From positions 1-64,000 of the forward strand of contig JBDGTS010000009.1 in assembly GCA_042216675.1 (NCBI GenBank): 64,000 nt of DNA, in the 5' to 3' direction. The stretch's first letter is position 1. Each line of letters begins with the position of its first letter. The stretch is from Halobacteriaceae archaeon (GTDB lineage: Archaea; Halobacteriota; Halobacteria; Halobacteriales; Halobacteriaceae). Below are positions 43,689 to 53,066 of the stretch, piece after piece. Position numbers and translations under genes: made by a program. The notes below the pieces were generated by a model that made no database searches, had not been told where the DNA came from, and worked only from the letters and a program-made list of their open reading frames with translations.

Positions 43689-44641
43689 ACGACCTGATTT
43701 TTCAGTCCCTCGTAGGTGCCCGTCTCGTCGACGTGGGCGAGGTTCTCCGCGAGGATGTCGGCGAGGCGGTCCCAGTACGCCGGCGTGTGGCCCGCGTTGT
43801 GCGGGGTGATGAGGACGTTGTCGAAGTTCCAGAGCGGGTGGTCCTCGGGGAGCGGTTCGGGGTCCGTCACGTCGAGGGCCGCGCCGCCGATGGCGTTGCT
43901 CCGGAGTGCATCGACCAGCGCGTCGGTGTCCACGATGGGGCCGCGCCCGACGTTGACGATGACCGCTTCGGGCGGCAAGGTGCGGAGCGCTTCGGCGTCG
44001 ATGAGCCCTTCCGTCAGGTCCGAGAGCGGCGCCGTGACGACGACGTAGTCCGACCGCGAGAGCGCCTCGTGGACGGTTTCCGTGTCGTAGCCAATCACTT
44101 CGTCCGTTGGACCGCCTTTCGAGGGCGAGTGGCGGACGCCGACGGTGTGCGCGTCGAAGGGGTCCAGTCGCTCCGCGACGGCGGTACCGATGTTGCCGAG
44201 GCCGACCACAGTCACCGTCGAGTTCGCGAGTTCGCGGGTCTGGTAACTCCGCCACTCGCGGCGCTCGGTCCGTCGCCACCCCACGTCGAAGCGCCGCGCG
44301 AAAGAGAGGACAGCCCCGACGGCGTGTTCGGAGACGTTCGGCGCGTGGACCCCGGCGGCGCTGGTGACGGCGACGCCGTGGTCCTCGAAGGCGTCGAGGG
44401 GGAGGTGGCCGGTGCCGGCGAATACGCAGGCGAACAGGTCCAGACTGCTCTCGGCCACCGTCTCGGCGTCGATTTCATAGCCGGTGGCGATGGGCACCTC
44501 CTTCAGTAGTCGCTCCTCCTCGGCCGCTGTCCGCGCGCGGACGATGTCCCGGTCCGGGAACCGCTCTCTGAGGGTCTCGGCGTAGTCCGCGGCGGACATA
44601 CCGTGAGTCTTCTGTCGCAGCACGACGATGTCGGCTGTCAT
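43685..44641 (-). CDS. D-2-hydroxyacid dehydrogenase
   Basis: GLGNIG, VNVGRG, ALDVTDPEPLP, ITPHNAG. Confidence 0.92.
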   Translation of the reverse strand: MTADIVVLRQKTHGMSAADYAETLRERFPDRDIVRARTAAEEERLLKEVPIATGYEIDAETVAESSLDLFACVFAGTGHLPLDAFEDHGVAVTSAAGVHAPNVSEHAVGAVLSFARRFDVGWRRTERREWRSYQTRELANSTVTVVGLGNIGTAVAERLDPFDAHTVGVRHSPSKGGPTDEVIGYDTETVHEALSRSDYVVVTAPLSDLTEGLIDAEALRTLPPEAVIVNVGRGPIVDTDALVDALRSNAIGGAALDVTDPEPLPEDHPLWNFDNVLITPHNAGHTPAYWDRLADILAENLAHVDETGTYEGLKNQVV

Positions 44642-44725
44642 GTGCCGACGTTCGTGGAGGCGTGCCTAAGAGGCGGTGATTCGAGGGAAAGTGTTATGTG
44701 GTACCAAGACCCACTATACGACGGT

Positions 44726-44959
44726 ATGAGTCGAACCGGCGAGCAGAACACCGGATGGATGCGTCCCGGCGACGAAGCAATACTGCAGTTTCTCGACGAA
44801 GCTGACGCGGAGTATCCCGCCATCGTCGCCAACCGGACAGGCATCCACACGCCCTACGTGGAGCGCCGGTGTGACGTGCTCGCCGAGCGAGGACTCCTCG
44901 AACAGGTGACTGGGGAAGTCGTCTACCGCATCACAGACGAGGGGCGGCGCCGCATCTAA
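44726..44959 (+). CDS. Small wHTH protein (phiH1 repressor-like)
   Basis: WMRPGDEAILQFL...PAIVA...YVERRC..L...GLL...YRITDEG. Confidence 0.7.
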   Translation: MSRTGEQNTGWMRPGDEAILQFLDEADAEYPAIVANRTGIHTPYVERRCDVLAERGLLEQVTGEVVYRITDEGRRRI

Positions 44960-45384
44960 TCGAGGTCCGGAAACTCCTCGGGGGCGCGTCCAGCGGCGTC
45001 CAGCACCGCGTCACTGACCAGAATCGGACAGTCGGCCCTGAGGCCGATTGCCACTGCGTCGCTGGCGCGAACGTCGAAGACGGCGCGCGACCGCTCCCCG
45101 CCGTGGTATCGCTCAGCGTCGAGTTTCGCGAGAAACGTCTCGTCGTGGAGTTCGTCGACGCGAACTCTGTCGATGGCGCCACCGAACTCCGCCACCATCT
45201 CCACTAGCACGTCGTGGGTCAGCGGTCTCTCGAAAGGGACCTCGTCCAGGGCGACCTGAATCGCGTGGGCCTGATCCGGACTGACAAGAATCGGGACCAC
45301 CTCGCCCCGGGCGGACAACAACACGACCGGCACGTCGCCGTCTCGGGTCACGCCCACCGCCTCGACGGTCGCTTCGTGTGCCAT
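44956..45384 (-). CDS. Bifunctional nuclease (DUF151) family protein
   Basis: PILV...QAHAI, RPLTHD, TFLAKL, DVRASDAVAIGLR. Confidence 0.85.
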   Translation of the reverse strand: MAHEATVEAVGVTRDGDVPVVLLSARGEVVPILVSPDQAHAIQVALDEVPFERPLTHDVLVEMVAEFGGAIDRVRVDELHDETFLAKLDAERYHGGERSRAVFDVRASDAVAIGLRADCPILVSDAVLDAAGRAPEEFPDLD

Positions 45385-45460
45385 GGTAACACCTACGGGG
45401 GGCGGCACCGAAAAGATACCTCCCGCTGGGGGCGGTGAGAAAATGCGCTGAAAGAGGGCG

Positions 45461-45655
45461 CTACAGGCGCGTGAGGTTCTCCGCGCGAGGGCCTTTGTCG
45501 CCCTCGGTGATTTCGAACTCCACCTCCTGTCCCTCCTCCAAGTCCGGGCCGCCGACGTCCTCCATGTGGAAGAACACGTCGTCGTCCGCGGCGTCTGTTT
45601 CGATGAACCCGTAGCCTTTCTGATCGTTGAAGAACGCGACCGTTCCGGTTGCCAT
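45461..45655 (-). CDS. csp: Cold-shock domain protein
   Basis: MATGTVAFFNDQKGYGFI..DVFFH..KGPRA (RNP1/RNP2). Confidence 0.95.
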   Translation of the reverse strand: MATGTVAFFNDQKGYGFIETDAADDDVFFHMEDVGGPDLEEGQEVEFEITEGDKGPRAENLTRL

Positions 45656-45711
45656 AATCCGTGTGACTCCACCCCACGACTCGGGGGGAGGGCACATAAG
45701 CACACCGGCCG

Positions 45712-46734
45712 TCAGGGCGAGAGCCGTCGTCCCGCCGCGAGTCCGGTGCGGGCGGCGGCGTGGACCCGCGCCGCGCCCGCCACCCAGTCGCCGACGAGAT
45801 GGAGGCCGGCCGCGCGGGCGTCGGCCACGAGGTCCGCGGGCGCCTCGTCCTCGGGAAGCGCGTGCCGCCACCGGGTCACTTCCGTCCAGTCCGGGTCCGC
45901 CAGTCGCTCGTCGTCCATCAGCGACGCGGCGTTCGACGCCGCGGCGTCAGCGATAGCCTCGTCGTCATCGTCGAGGTGGGCCGCGGACCAGTCGTTCCCC
46001 ATCTGCACCACGAGGAGGCTCTCGCCCGTCGGGACGTGGCCGGGCTTGCAGGACTCGCGGCCGATCCAGCCGACTGCGTGGGCCTTGTCCACGTCGAGGA
46101 GCGCGTAGTACGGTCGCTCGACGCGGACGGGGTAGTGAAGTGCCGCGGTGACGACCAGACGGTAGTCGATGGCGTCGGCCGTGTCCGCGATTCGGTCCCG
46201 AAGCGGGGCCGACCACTCCGAGCGTCGGAGCAGGGCGGCGACGGCGGGCGCGGGCGTCGCCAGCACCACGGCATCGAACGCCGCAGTGTCGCCGTCGGCA
46301 GTGTGGACCGTCCACTCGTCATCGGTGCGGTCGAGAGCCCTCACGCGGCGGCCACACCGGAGCGTCGCCCCCGACTCCTCGGCGAATCGCCGCGGCAGTT
46401 CCGCGACGCCGGCCGCGTACGTCCACTTCGGATCGCCGTCGCCCCGGCCGGGTGACACCTCGCCGTCGGCCCCGAAGGTCCACACCGGCGCGGCCACGTC
46501 GGCGCGCCCCTCGGTTCCGGCGGCCGCCATCGCCGCGTTCACCCGGTCGTCGTCCGCCGTGACGTAGTTCGCGCCGGCGTCGTACCGGCAGTCCCCGCGC
46601 CGTCGGGTGCGCATCCGTCCGCCGAGCGTCGACTCCGCCTCGTACAGCGTCACGGCCGCGTCGGCGTCCCGAAGCGCGAACGCCGCTGCGGTGCCGGCCG
46701 GCCCGCCGCCCACGACGGCTACGGTGTTGGTCAT
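45712..46734 (-). CDS. Renalase-like NAD(P)/FAD oxidoreductase
   Basis: VAVVGGGPAG, GGRMRTRR, YDAGANY, RWRHALP, VGDW. Confidence 0.85.
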   Translation of the reverse strand: MTNTVAVVGGGPAGTAAAFALRDADAAVTLYEAESTLGGRMRTRRRGDCRYDAGANYVTADDDRVNAAMAAAGTEGRADVAAPVWTFGADGEVSPGRGDGDPKWTYAAGVAELPRRFAEESGATLRCGRRVRALDRTDDEWTVHTADGDTAAFDAVVLATPAPAVAALLRRSEWSAPLRDRIADTADAIDYRLVVTAALHYPVRVERPYYALLDVDKAHAVGWIGRESCKPGHVPTGESLLVVQMGNDWSAAHLDDDDEAIADAAASNAASLMDDERLADPDWTEVTRWRHALPEDEAPADLVADARAAGLHLVGDWVAGAARVHAAARTGLAAGRRLSP

Positions 46735-46818
46735 GTCGGCCGTTGTGGCCCCGCCGACAAAACGGTGCCCCTGCGCCGGGCACAACACAAATGGCACGCC
46801 GGGCAAAAGCCACCCACG

Positions 46819-47688
46819 ATGATAGAGGTGGAGTCGCTCCGGAAGACGTACGGCGATGTGGTGGCCGTGGAGGGGTCCACGTTCAGCGTCGACGACGGCG
46901 AGGTGTTCGGTCTCGTCGGCCCGAACGGCGCCGGCAAGACGACGACGCTGAAGATGCTCGCCGGCCTGCTCGAACCGACCGCGGGCCGGGCCACGGTGGC
47001 CGGGCACGACGCCTCAGAGACGGCGATGCGGCGTCACCTCGGGTGGCTCCCGGAGGAGTCGCCGCTGTACGAGGACATGACCGCCCGCTCGTATCTCTCC
47101 TTCTTCGCGGACCTCTACGACGTGCCGGCGGACGTGGCCGAGGAGCGTATCGCCGAGACGCTGGACCGCCTCGAACTCGCGGAGCGCGACCGGAAACTCG
47201 GGGACTGCTCGAAGGGGATGCGCCGGAAAGTGGCCATCGCCCGAGCGCTCGTCAACGACCCGGACGTGCTCATCTTCGACGAACCGGCGAGCGGCCTCGA
47301 CCCGGTGACGACCCACGCCGTCGTCACGTTCACGCGGGAACTGGCGAGCGAGGGCAAGACGGTGCTGTTCTCCGCCCACGATCTCCATCAGGTCGAGGAC
47401 GTCTGTGACCGCGTGGCCATCATGAACCACGGCGAAATCGTGGCAGAGGGGACGATTCCGGAGATACGTGCGGCCCACGGCGGCACGGAGTACCGCGTGT
47501 TCACGGACGTGGCCGTCGACGGCGCGACGCGGCGCGACGGACGTTACGTGACCACCGTCGGCGACATGGCCGGGGTCGACGCCGTGCGAGACGCCGTCGA
47601 GGAGGCCGGGGGCGAGGTGCTTGACATCCGGACCCGGGAGCCGGACCTCGAAACCGTGTTCCTGCGCGTCGTGGAGGGTGAGGCGTGA
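46819..47688 (+). CDS. ABC exporter ATP-binding subunit
   Basis: GPNGAGKTT, SKGMRRK signature, IFDEP, SAH. Confidence 0.95.
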   Translation: MIEVESLRKTYGDVVAVEGSTFSVDDGEVFGLVGPNGAGKTTTLKMLAGLLEPTAGRATVAGHDASETAMRRHLGWLPEESPLYEDMTARSYLSFFADLYDVPADVAEERIAETLDRLELAERDRKLGDCSKGMRRKVAIARALVNDPDVLIFDEPASGLDPVTTHAVVTFTRELASEGKTVLFSAHDLHQVEDVCDRVAIMNHGEIVAEGTIPEIRAAHGGTEYRVFTDVAVDGATRRDGRYVTTVGDMAGVDAVRDAVEEAGGEVLDIRTREPDLETVFLRVVEGEA

Positions 47689-49457
47689 GACCGCGCGCCG
47701 TCCTGCGCATCGCGCGCTGGGAGGTGGGCCGGAGCGCGAGCGAAGTCGACCGGCGAACCGTCGTCGCCCTCCTCGTCGTGGCGCTCGCACTCGGCGCCAT
47801 CGGCCCCGTCGCCCTCCAGCAAGGGGGCGCGCCGAACACTGGCATCTACCGCGTCGCGGTCGACGAGGGGAACCAGTTCTACGAACCGGTGGCGGCGTCC
47901 GACCCGCTTCGGGTCGTCGACGGCGGCGTCGACGCGGTGGGAGACGGACGTGCCGACGTGGCAATCGACGACGGCCGCCTCGTCTACGACGACACTCAGC
48001 GCGGCCGCGCGGCGATGGCGGCACTCCGGTCGGCCGTCACGTCGTACAACGACCGGCTGATGCGACAGGAGGCCGACAGCGCGGCCGCGTTCCCGGTCGA
48101 CGTGACGCTCCGGTACCGCGCGCAGTCCGGCGGCACCGGACCCACCGACGACGGCGACGGCGGTGGCACCGGCGAGACCACCACCGACGGCGACACGACG
48201 ACGCCCCGAACGACGACGGCCAGCACCGGGGGCGGTGCAAACGACGGCGGCGGGTCGGGCGGCCTCGGTGGCGGCCTCTCCGGCGGCGGCCGCATCCTCG
48301 GTGGCACCCAGTCCGGGTCGCCGGCCGACATCGCGCCGCCGTTCCCGATGAAGTCGCTCCTGCTGGCCTTCGCGTTCGTCCTGCCGCTGAACGTCGTGAT
48401 TCAGGCCTACGGCTCCTCCATCATCGGCGAGCGACTCGAACGCCGCGGCGAACCGCTCCTCGTGGCCCCGGTCAGCCGCGGCGACATCGTGGCCGGGAAG
48501 ACGCTCCCCTACGTCGTCGCCAGCCTCGTCGCCGTCACGGTCATCGCGGTGGCTCTCGGCGGCGGACCGCTCGCCGTCGTCGCCGTCGTCCCCATCCTCT
48601 TGCTGTTCCTCGCGGCGACGTTCGTCGGCGCGATGTTCGCCCGGTCGTTCAAGGAACTCACGTTCGTCACCGTCGCCGTCAGCGTCGTCGGCACCACCTA
48701 CGCCTTCGTGCCGGCCATCTTCACCGACGTCCACCCCATCGCCGCCATCTCGCCGCTCTCCGTCGTCGTCGCGGACCTCGCGGGCACCGGGACGGACCTC
48801 GGCACGTTCGCGTTCGCGACGCTCCCGATGACGCTCGTGGCGACGGTGCTGTTCGCCCTCGGGACCGGCATCTACCGCGAGGAGGACATGTTCACCCAGC
48901 GGCCGCCCGGCGCGAAAGCGCTCGACGCCCTCGCCGCGCACCTCACGCGCCGACGGGTGCCACTCTGGGGCGCGCTCTCGGTGCCGTTCGCGTTCGTGGC
49001 GGAACTGTTCGCCATCGCACTGCTGTTCGTCGTCCCCCAGTCGTTCGCCATTCCCGTCCTGCTGACAGTCGTCGCGTTGGTCGAGGAAGTGGCCAAGAGC
49101 CTGTTCGTCTACGCCGGGTTCGAGCGCGGCCGGCTCTCGACGGCGCCCCGCGCCGCGGCGGTGACCGGTGCGCTCGCGGGACTGGGCTTCGCGGTCGGCG
49201 AGAAGATAACGCTCGCGGCCCAACTGGTCGGCCTGCCCGACCTCGAACTCGGCCGGGCGGCGTTCGCCCCCGCCGCGGCGGGCGACCCCCTCGCCTTCGC
49301 GGCCCTCGCCGCCGCGCCGTTCGTCCTGCACGCCGTGACGGCGGCGGTGTCCGCGGTCGGGGCCGCTCGCGGTGCCCGGGCCTACGGCGCCACGCTCACC
49401 GGCGCGGCGGCGCTTCACCTCGCCTACAACCTCACGGTGGTGAGCGCCGTTGCGTAG
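47685..49457 (+). CDS. ABC-2 permease fused to a PrsW-type intramembrane protease domain
   Basis: ERLERRGEPLLVAPV..DIVAGK (ABC-2). C-terminal EEVAK, GFAVGE, LH and HLAYN. Confidence 0.8.
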   Translation: MRPRAVLRIARWEVGRSASEVDRRTVVALLVVALALGAIGPVALQQGGAPNTGIYRVAVDEGNQFYEPVAASDPLRVVDGGVDAVGDGRADVAIDDGRLVYDDTQRGRAAMAALRSAVTSYNDRLMRQEADSAAAFPVDVTLRYRAQSGGTGPTDDGDGGGTGETTTDGDTTTPRTTTASTGGGANDGGGSGGLGGGLSGGGRILGGTQSGSPADIAPPFPMKSLLLAFAFVLPLNVVIQAYGSSIIGERLERRGEPLLVAPVSRGDIVAGKTLPYVVASLVAVTVIAVALGGGPLAVVAVVPILLLFLAATFVGAMFARSFKELTFVTVAVSVVGTTYAFVPAIFTDVHPIAAISPLSVVVADLAGTGTDLGTFAFATLPMTLVATVLFALGTGIYREEDMFTQRPPGAKALDALAAHLTRRRVPLWGALSVPFAFVAELFAIALLFVVPQSFAIPVLLTVVALVEEVAKSLFVYAGFERGRLSTAPRAAAVTGALAGLGFAVGEKITLAAQLVGLPDLELGRAAFAPAAAGDPLAFAALAAAPFVLHAVTAAVSAVGAARGARAYGATLTGAAALHLAYNLTVVSAVA

Positions 49458-50490
49458 CCGCCTCGCCATCGCCGGCCGGGAACTCGCGGGCCTGCGCCGG
49501 GAGAAGACGATCGTTCTGGCCATCGCCATCCAGCTGTTCGTCGCGGCGTTCTCGTCGTTCCTCGTCGTCGGCCTCGTGACGCTGTACAGCCCCGCCGCCG
49601 CGGGCGGCGCCGTCACCGTCGAGGTGGGCGTGAGCGGCAACGCGAGCGACGCGCTGGCGCCGGTGGCGGCCGAGGGCGACGCGCGGGCCGTCGAGCGATT
49701 CGACAGCCGGGAGGCGGCGCTCTCCGCCTTCGACGCGGGCGAGGTGGACGCGGTGATGCACGCGACGCGTCAGCCGTCGGGGGCCGTCCACGTCGACGCC
49801 TACGCGCCCAGCGGCGACTTCCGGACGACGCTCGTCGTCGTCCAACTGAAGGACGCGCTGGAAGCCTTCGAGCGGCAGCAGCGTGCGGCGATGAGCCACC
49901 GCCTGAGCCGACAGCCGGTACCCGTGCCCGAGGAGGTGGGGGGCAACCCCTACTACGGCTTCTCCTACACCGTGTTGGTTCCGCTGCTCGTCTTCCTCCC
50001 GGTGTTCATCAGCGGGAGCATCGCCGCCGACTCAGTTTCGGAGGAACTAGAGCGGGGCACCTTCGAGTTGCTCCGGGTCGCGCCGCTGTCGGTGGGCCAG
50101 ATTCTCGACGGGAAGGCCCTCGCGGCGGTGGCGCTGGCGCCCGTGCAGGCCGGGGCGTGGCTCGCACTGCTCGCGGTGAACGGCACGCCCGTCGCGCATC
50201 CGCTCCCGATTCTCGCACTGGCGACGGGGGCGACGGCCGTCGTCGTCGCCGCCGGGGCGTTCCTCGCCCTCGCGACGGGGGAGCGCCGGAGCGCCCAACT
50301 GCTGTACTCGCTGGGGGTCATCGTCGCCGCCACGGCCGCGGCGACGCTTCCGGAGAACCCCGCGAACGCGGTGGCGAAACTCGCCATCGGCAGTCCGACG
50401 CCGACGACGTCCCTCGTCGTCGCGGGGACGGTGGCCGGGGGCGCGGCGGCGTACGGCCTCGCGCGGACGCTCGCCGACCGGACCGCCTAG
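49450..50490 (+). CDS. ABC-2 permease
   Basis: AIAGREL, EELERGTFELLRVAP..ILDGK, multiple TM. TTG start overlaps the previous stop. Confidence 0.85.
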   Translation: MRSRLAIAGRELAGLRREKTIVLAIAIQLFVAAFSSFLVVGLVTLYSPAAAGGAVTVEVGVSGNASDALAPVAAEGDARAVERFDSREAALSAFDAGEVDAVMHATRQPSGAVHVDAYAPSGDFRTTLVVVQLKDALEAFERQQRAAMSHRLSRQPVPVPEEVGGNPYYGFSYTVLVPLLVFLPVFISGSIAADSVSEELERGTFELLRVAPLSVGQILDGKALAAVALAPVQAGAWLALLAVNGTPVAHPLPILALATGATAVVVAAGAFLALATGERRSAQLLYSLGVIVAATAAATLPENPANAVAKLAIGSPTPTTSLVVAGTVAGGAAAYGLARTLADRTA

Positions 50491-50903
50491 TCGCCCGCGA
50501 CGAGGACGACGGCGAGGACGGCGAAGACGACGCCCACGACTTTCCTGAGCGTGAGGGGTTCGTCGAGGAAGGCGACCCCGAGCAGTGAACTCGTGACGAT
50601 GAACAGGCCGAACACGGGAACGACGATGCTCACCGGGCCGGTGGCGAGCGCCCGGTAGTACGAGAGGATGCCGACGGAGAGGCAGGCACCGGCGAGAAGC
50701 GCGTACGGCATTCGCGCGTCGGTGGCGTGGGTCAGCACGGCCGTGTCCGAGGTGACCACGACGGCCGCGGTGGCGAGCAGAAGGACGCCGTTGGCGACGA
50801 GGGCGACGACGGTGCTCGGCATGCCACGCGAGGCGTAACTGACGAGCGGTGCCACCGCCGAGTACGCGAGGAGGGCGAGGACCGCCCACCGGAGATAGCC
50901 CAT
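50487..50903 (-). CDS. EamA/DMT-family small transporter
   Basis: Five TM segments, GPVSIVVP, FLDEPLT. Confidence 0.82.
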   Translation of the reverse strand: MGYLRWAVLALLAYSAVAPLVSYASRGMPSTVVALVANGVLLLATAAVVVTSDTAVLTHATDARMPYALLAGACLSVGILSYYRALATGPVSIVVPVFGLFIVTSSLLGVAFLDEPLTLRKVVGVVFAVLAVVLVAGD

Positions 50904-50946
50904 GGTCGGGGGTCGGCCGGGCGCCCCAAGTGGGTTGTCCCCGCGG

Positions 50947-52581
50947 TCACTCCTCGCCCGCCTCGGCCACGTCCGCGAAGTCGCGCACGTCCTCGTCGGT
51001 GCCGGCGACGATGAGGGCGTCCTCCGCCTCGATGCGGAAGTCCGGGGGCAGGTCCGTGATGACGTCGGCGGCGCGTTCGACGGCGATGACCGTGACGCCG
51101 GTGCGCGAGCGGACGTCGGCCTCCGCGAGCGTCGACCCGGCGAGCGCCGGCGCCTTCGTGCGGACGATTTCGATGTTCGTCTCCAGACTCATCACGTCCT
51201 CGTCGAGGATGGCGGCCGCGAGCATCCGACCGCTCACCGTCGCCAGCGCCAGCACGTAGTCCGCGCCGGCGGCGTACAGCTTCGAGACGCTCTCGACTGC
51301 GTCGGCGCGGCTGATTATCTCCACGTCCGGTTCGATTTCGCTCGCCACGAGCGTCGCGAACACCGTCGTCGTGTCGTCGCCGAGGGCCAGAATCAGTGCG
51401 CCCGCGTCCTCGATGCCGGCACGTCGGAGCGCCGCCGCGTTCGTCGCGTCGCCCACCACGTCCACGCCCGGATCGTCCGTCAGGTCGATGACCGTCGTCT
51501 CGACGCCCGCGTCCTCGACGGCGGAGCGGACGGTGCCCCCGACTTCACCGTGGCCCGCGATGATGACCGTCTCGGGTCGGGGGCGGTGTTCGGGGGAGCG
51601 CGCCAACTCCGCGAGGGCGCTCAGTTGGTCACGGCTTCCGGCCAGCAACAGCACCGTCGAGCGGTCGATTCTGCGCTCGGGTGCCGGGTTCGGGATGAAC
51701 TCGCCGTCCACCCACGCGCCGATGACGCTGACGCCCGTGAAGCGGTCCATCTCGCTGCTCGCGAGGGGGGCGCCGTCGAGGGCGCTTCCCGACTGAACCG
51801 GCAGTTCGACGATTTCGAAGTCCTCGCCCACCTCGACGGCGTCGAGGTCCGCGCTGACGCCGCTGGTCACCTTGCCGGCGATGCCTTCGCCGAGCACCGT
51901 CCGCGGCGAGATGACCTCGTCCGCGCCGGCGTACTCGACGTACTCGCGGTTCTCGGGGTCCTCGACGTAACTGACGACGCGCACCTCGGGCGCCACCTCG
52001 CGCACCGTGAGCGCCGTCGCCGCGTTCGACTCGTCGCCCACGTCGAGGACGACGGCCCGCGCGTCGGGGACGCAGGCGCCCGCCATCGTGTCCGTGGACT
52101 CCGTGTCGCCGAGGACGACGGTGTGGCCCGTCTCCTGCAGGTCCCGTGCCCGCTCCTCGTCGTCGAGGGCGACGACGACGGGCACGTCGCGGGTGTCGAG
52201 TTCCTCGACGAGATGCTCGTCTCGGGGACTGAAGCCACAGATGACCACGTGGTCCTCGCGGTCGACGCTCGTCGGCACCGAGGCGGTGAGCATCTCCTCG
52301 AACAGCGGAAAGACGTACACGGGCAGGAGCAGGAAGATGAGACCCGTGCCGACGAGGTCCATCACGATGACGAGGACGTTCATCTCGGCGGACGTCCACG
52401 GTGCGTCGGAGCCAAAGCCGGTGGTCGTGAACGTCTCGACGACCACCTGCAGGGCGTGGAGCAGAGTGATCGGGTCGCCCTCGTAAGCCGCCATCCCGTG
52501 GGCGTACAGGAGCGTGAACAGCGCCATGGTGGCGGCCATGCCGCCGAGATACAGCACCGTCCGACGCCCCCACGAGGTCAT
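50947..52581 (-). CDS. Potassium channel with tandem RCK (TrkA-N/C) domains
   Basis: TM-pore-TM with TTTGFG filter, HVVICG, IIAGHGEVG, AGADYV. Confidence 0.9.
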   Translation of the reverse strand: MTSWGRRTVLYLGGMAATMALFTLLYAHGMAAYEGDPITLLHALQVVVETFTTTGFGSDAPWTSAEMNVLVIVMDLVGTGLIFLLLPVYVFPLFEEMLTASVPTSVDREDHVVICGFSPRDEHLVEELDTRDVPVVVALDDEERARDLQETGHTVVLGDTESTDTMAGACVPDARAVVLDVGDESNAATALTVREVAPEVRVVSYVEDPENREYVEYAGADEVISPRTVLGEGIAGKVTSGVSADLDAVEVGEDFEIVELPVQSGSALDGAPLASSEMDRFTGVSVIGAWVDGEFIPNPAPERRIDRSTVLLLAGSRDQLSALAELARSPEHRPRPETVIIAGHGEVGGTVRSAVEDAGVETTVIDLTDDPGVDVVGDATNAAALRRAGIEDAGALILALGDDTTTVFATLVASEIEPDVEIISRADAVESVSKLYAAGADYVLALATVSGRMLAAAILDEDVMSLETNIEIVRTKAPALAGSTLAEADVRSRTGVTVIAVERAADVITDLPPDFRIEAEDALIVAGTDEDVRDFADVAEAGEE

Positions 52582-52640
52582 GACTCGAACCGTCGACCGG
52601 CGGTCGGAAAAGTGATTCGTGTCGCGCCACACCCCTCCAC

Positions 52641-53066
52641 ATGGTCGCGCTCACGGCAGTGACGGCAGTGGCGGCGCTCGCACTCGGCGCGTGGTTCGGG
52701 AGCATCGTCTTCTTCTCGTTTTTCGGCGCGCCGACCATCTTCGCCACACTCGACGAGGGGGCCGCCGGGCGCGCGGTGAACGCCATCTTCCCGCGCTACT
52801 ACCGCTTCGGCCTCGGCGCCGGGGCCGTCGCACTCGTCGCTGGCGGCGCGACAGGAGTCGCTGACGGCGTCGGTCCCGCCGTCGGACTCACGCTCGGGGG
52901 TGCGCTCGTCGGGACGGCCGCGAACGCCTACGCCGCGGGCGTCCTCGTGCCGAAGATGGAGGCGGCCGGCGACGACGCGTTCGCGCGGTATCACAAGCAG
53001 TCCGTCGCGCTGAACCTCGTGACGATGCTCGCCGTCCTCGTCGCGTTCGTCGGCACTCAGCTATAG
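52641..53066 (+). CDS. DUF4149/TMEM205-like membrane protein
   Basis: FFGAPTIF, AGRAVNAIFPRYY, FARYHKQS..LN. Confidence 0.75.
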   Translation: MVALTAVTAVAALALGAWFGSIVFFSFFGAPTIFATLDEGAAGRAVNAIFPRYYRFGLGAGAVALVAGGATGVADGVGPAVGLTLGGALVGTAANAYAAGVLVPKMEAAGDDAFARYHKQSVALNLVTMLAVLVAFVGTQL

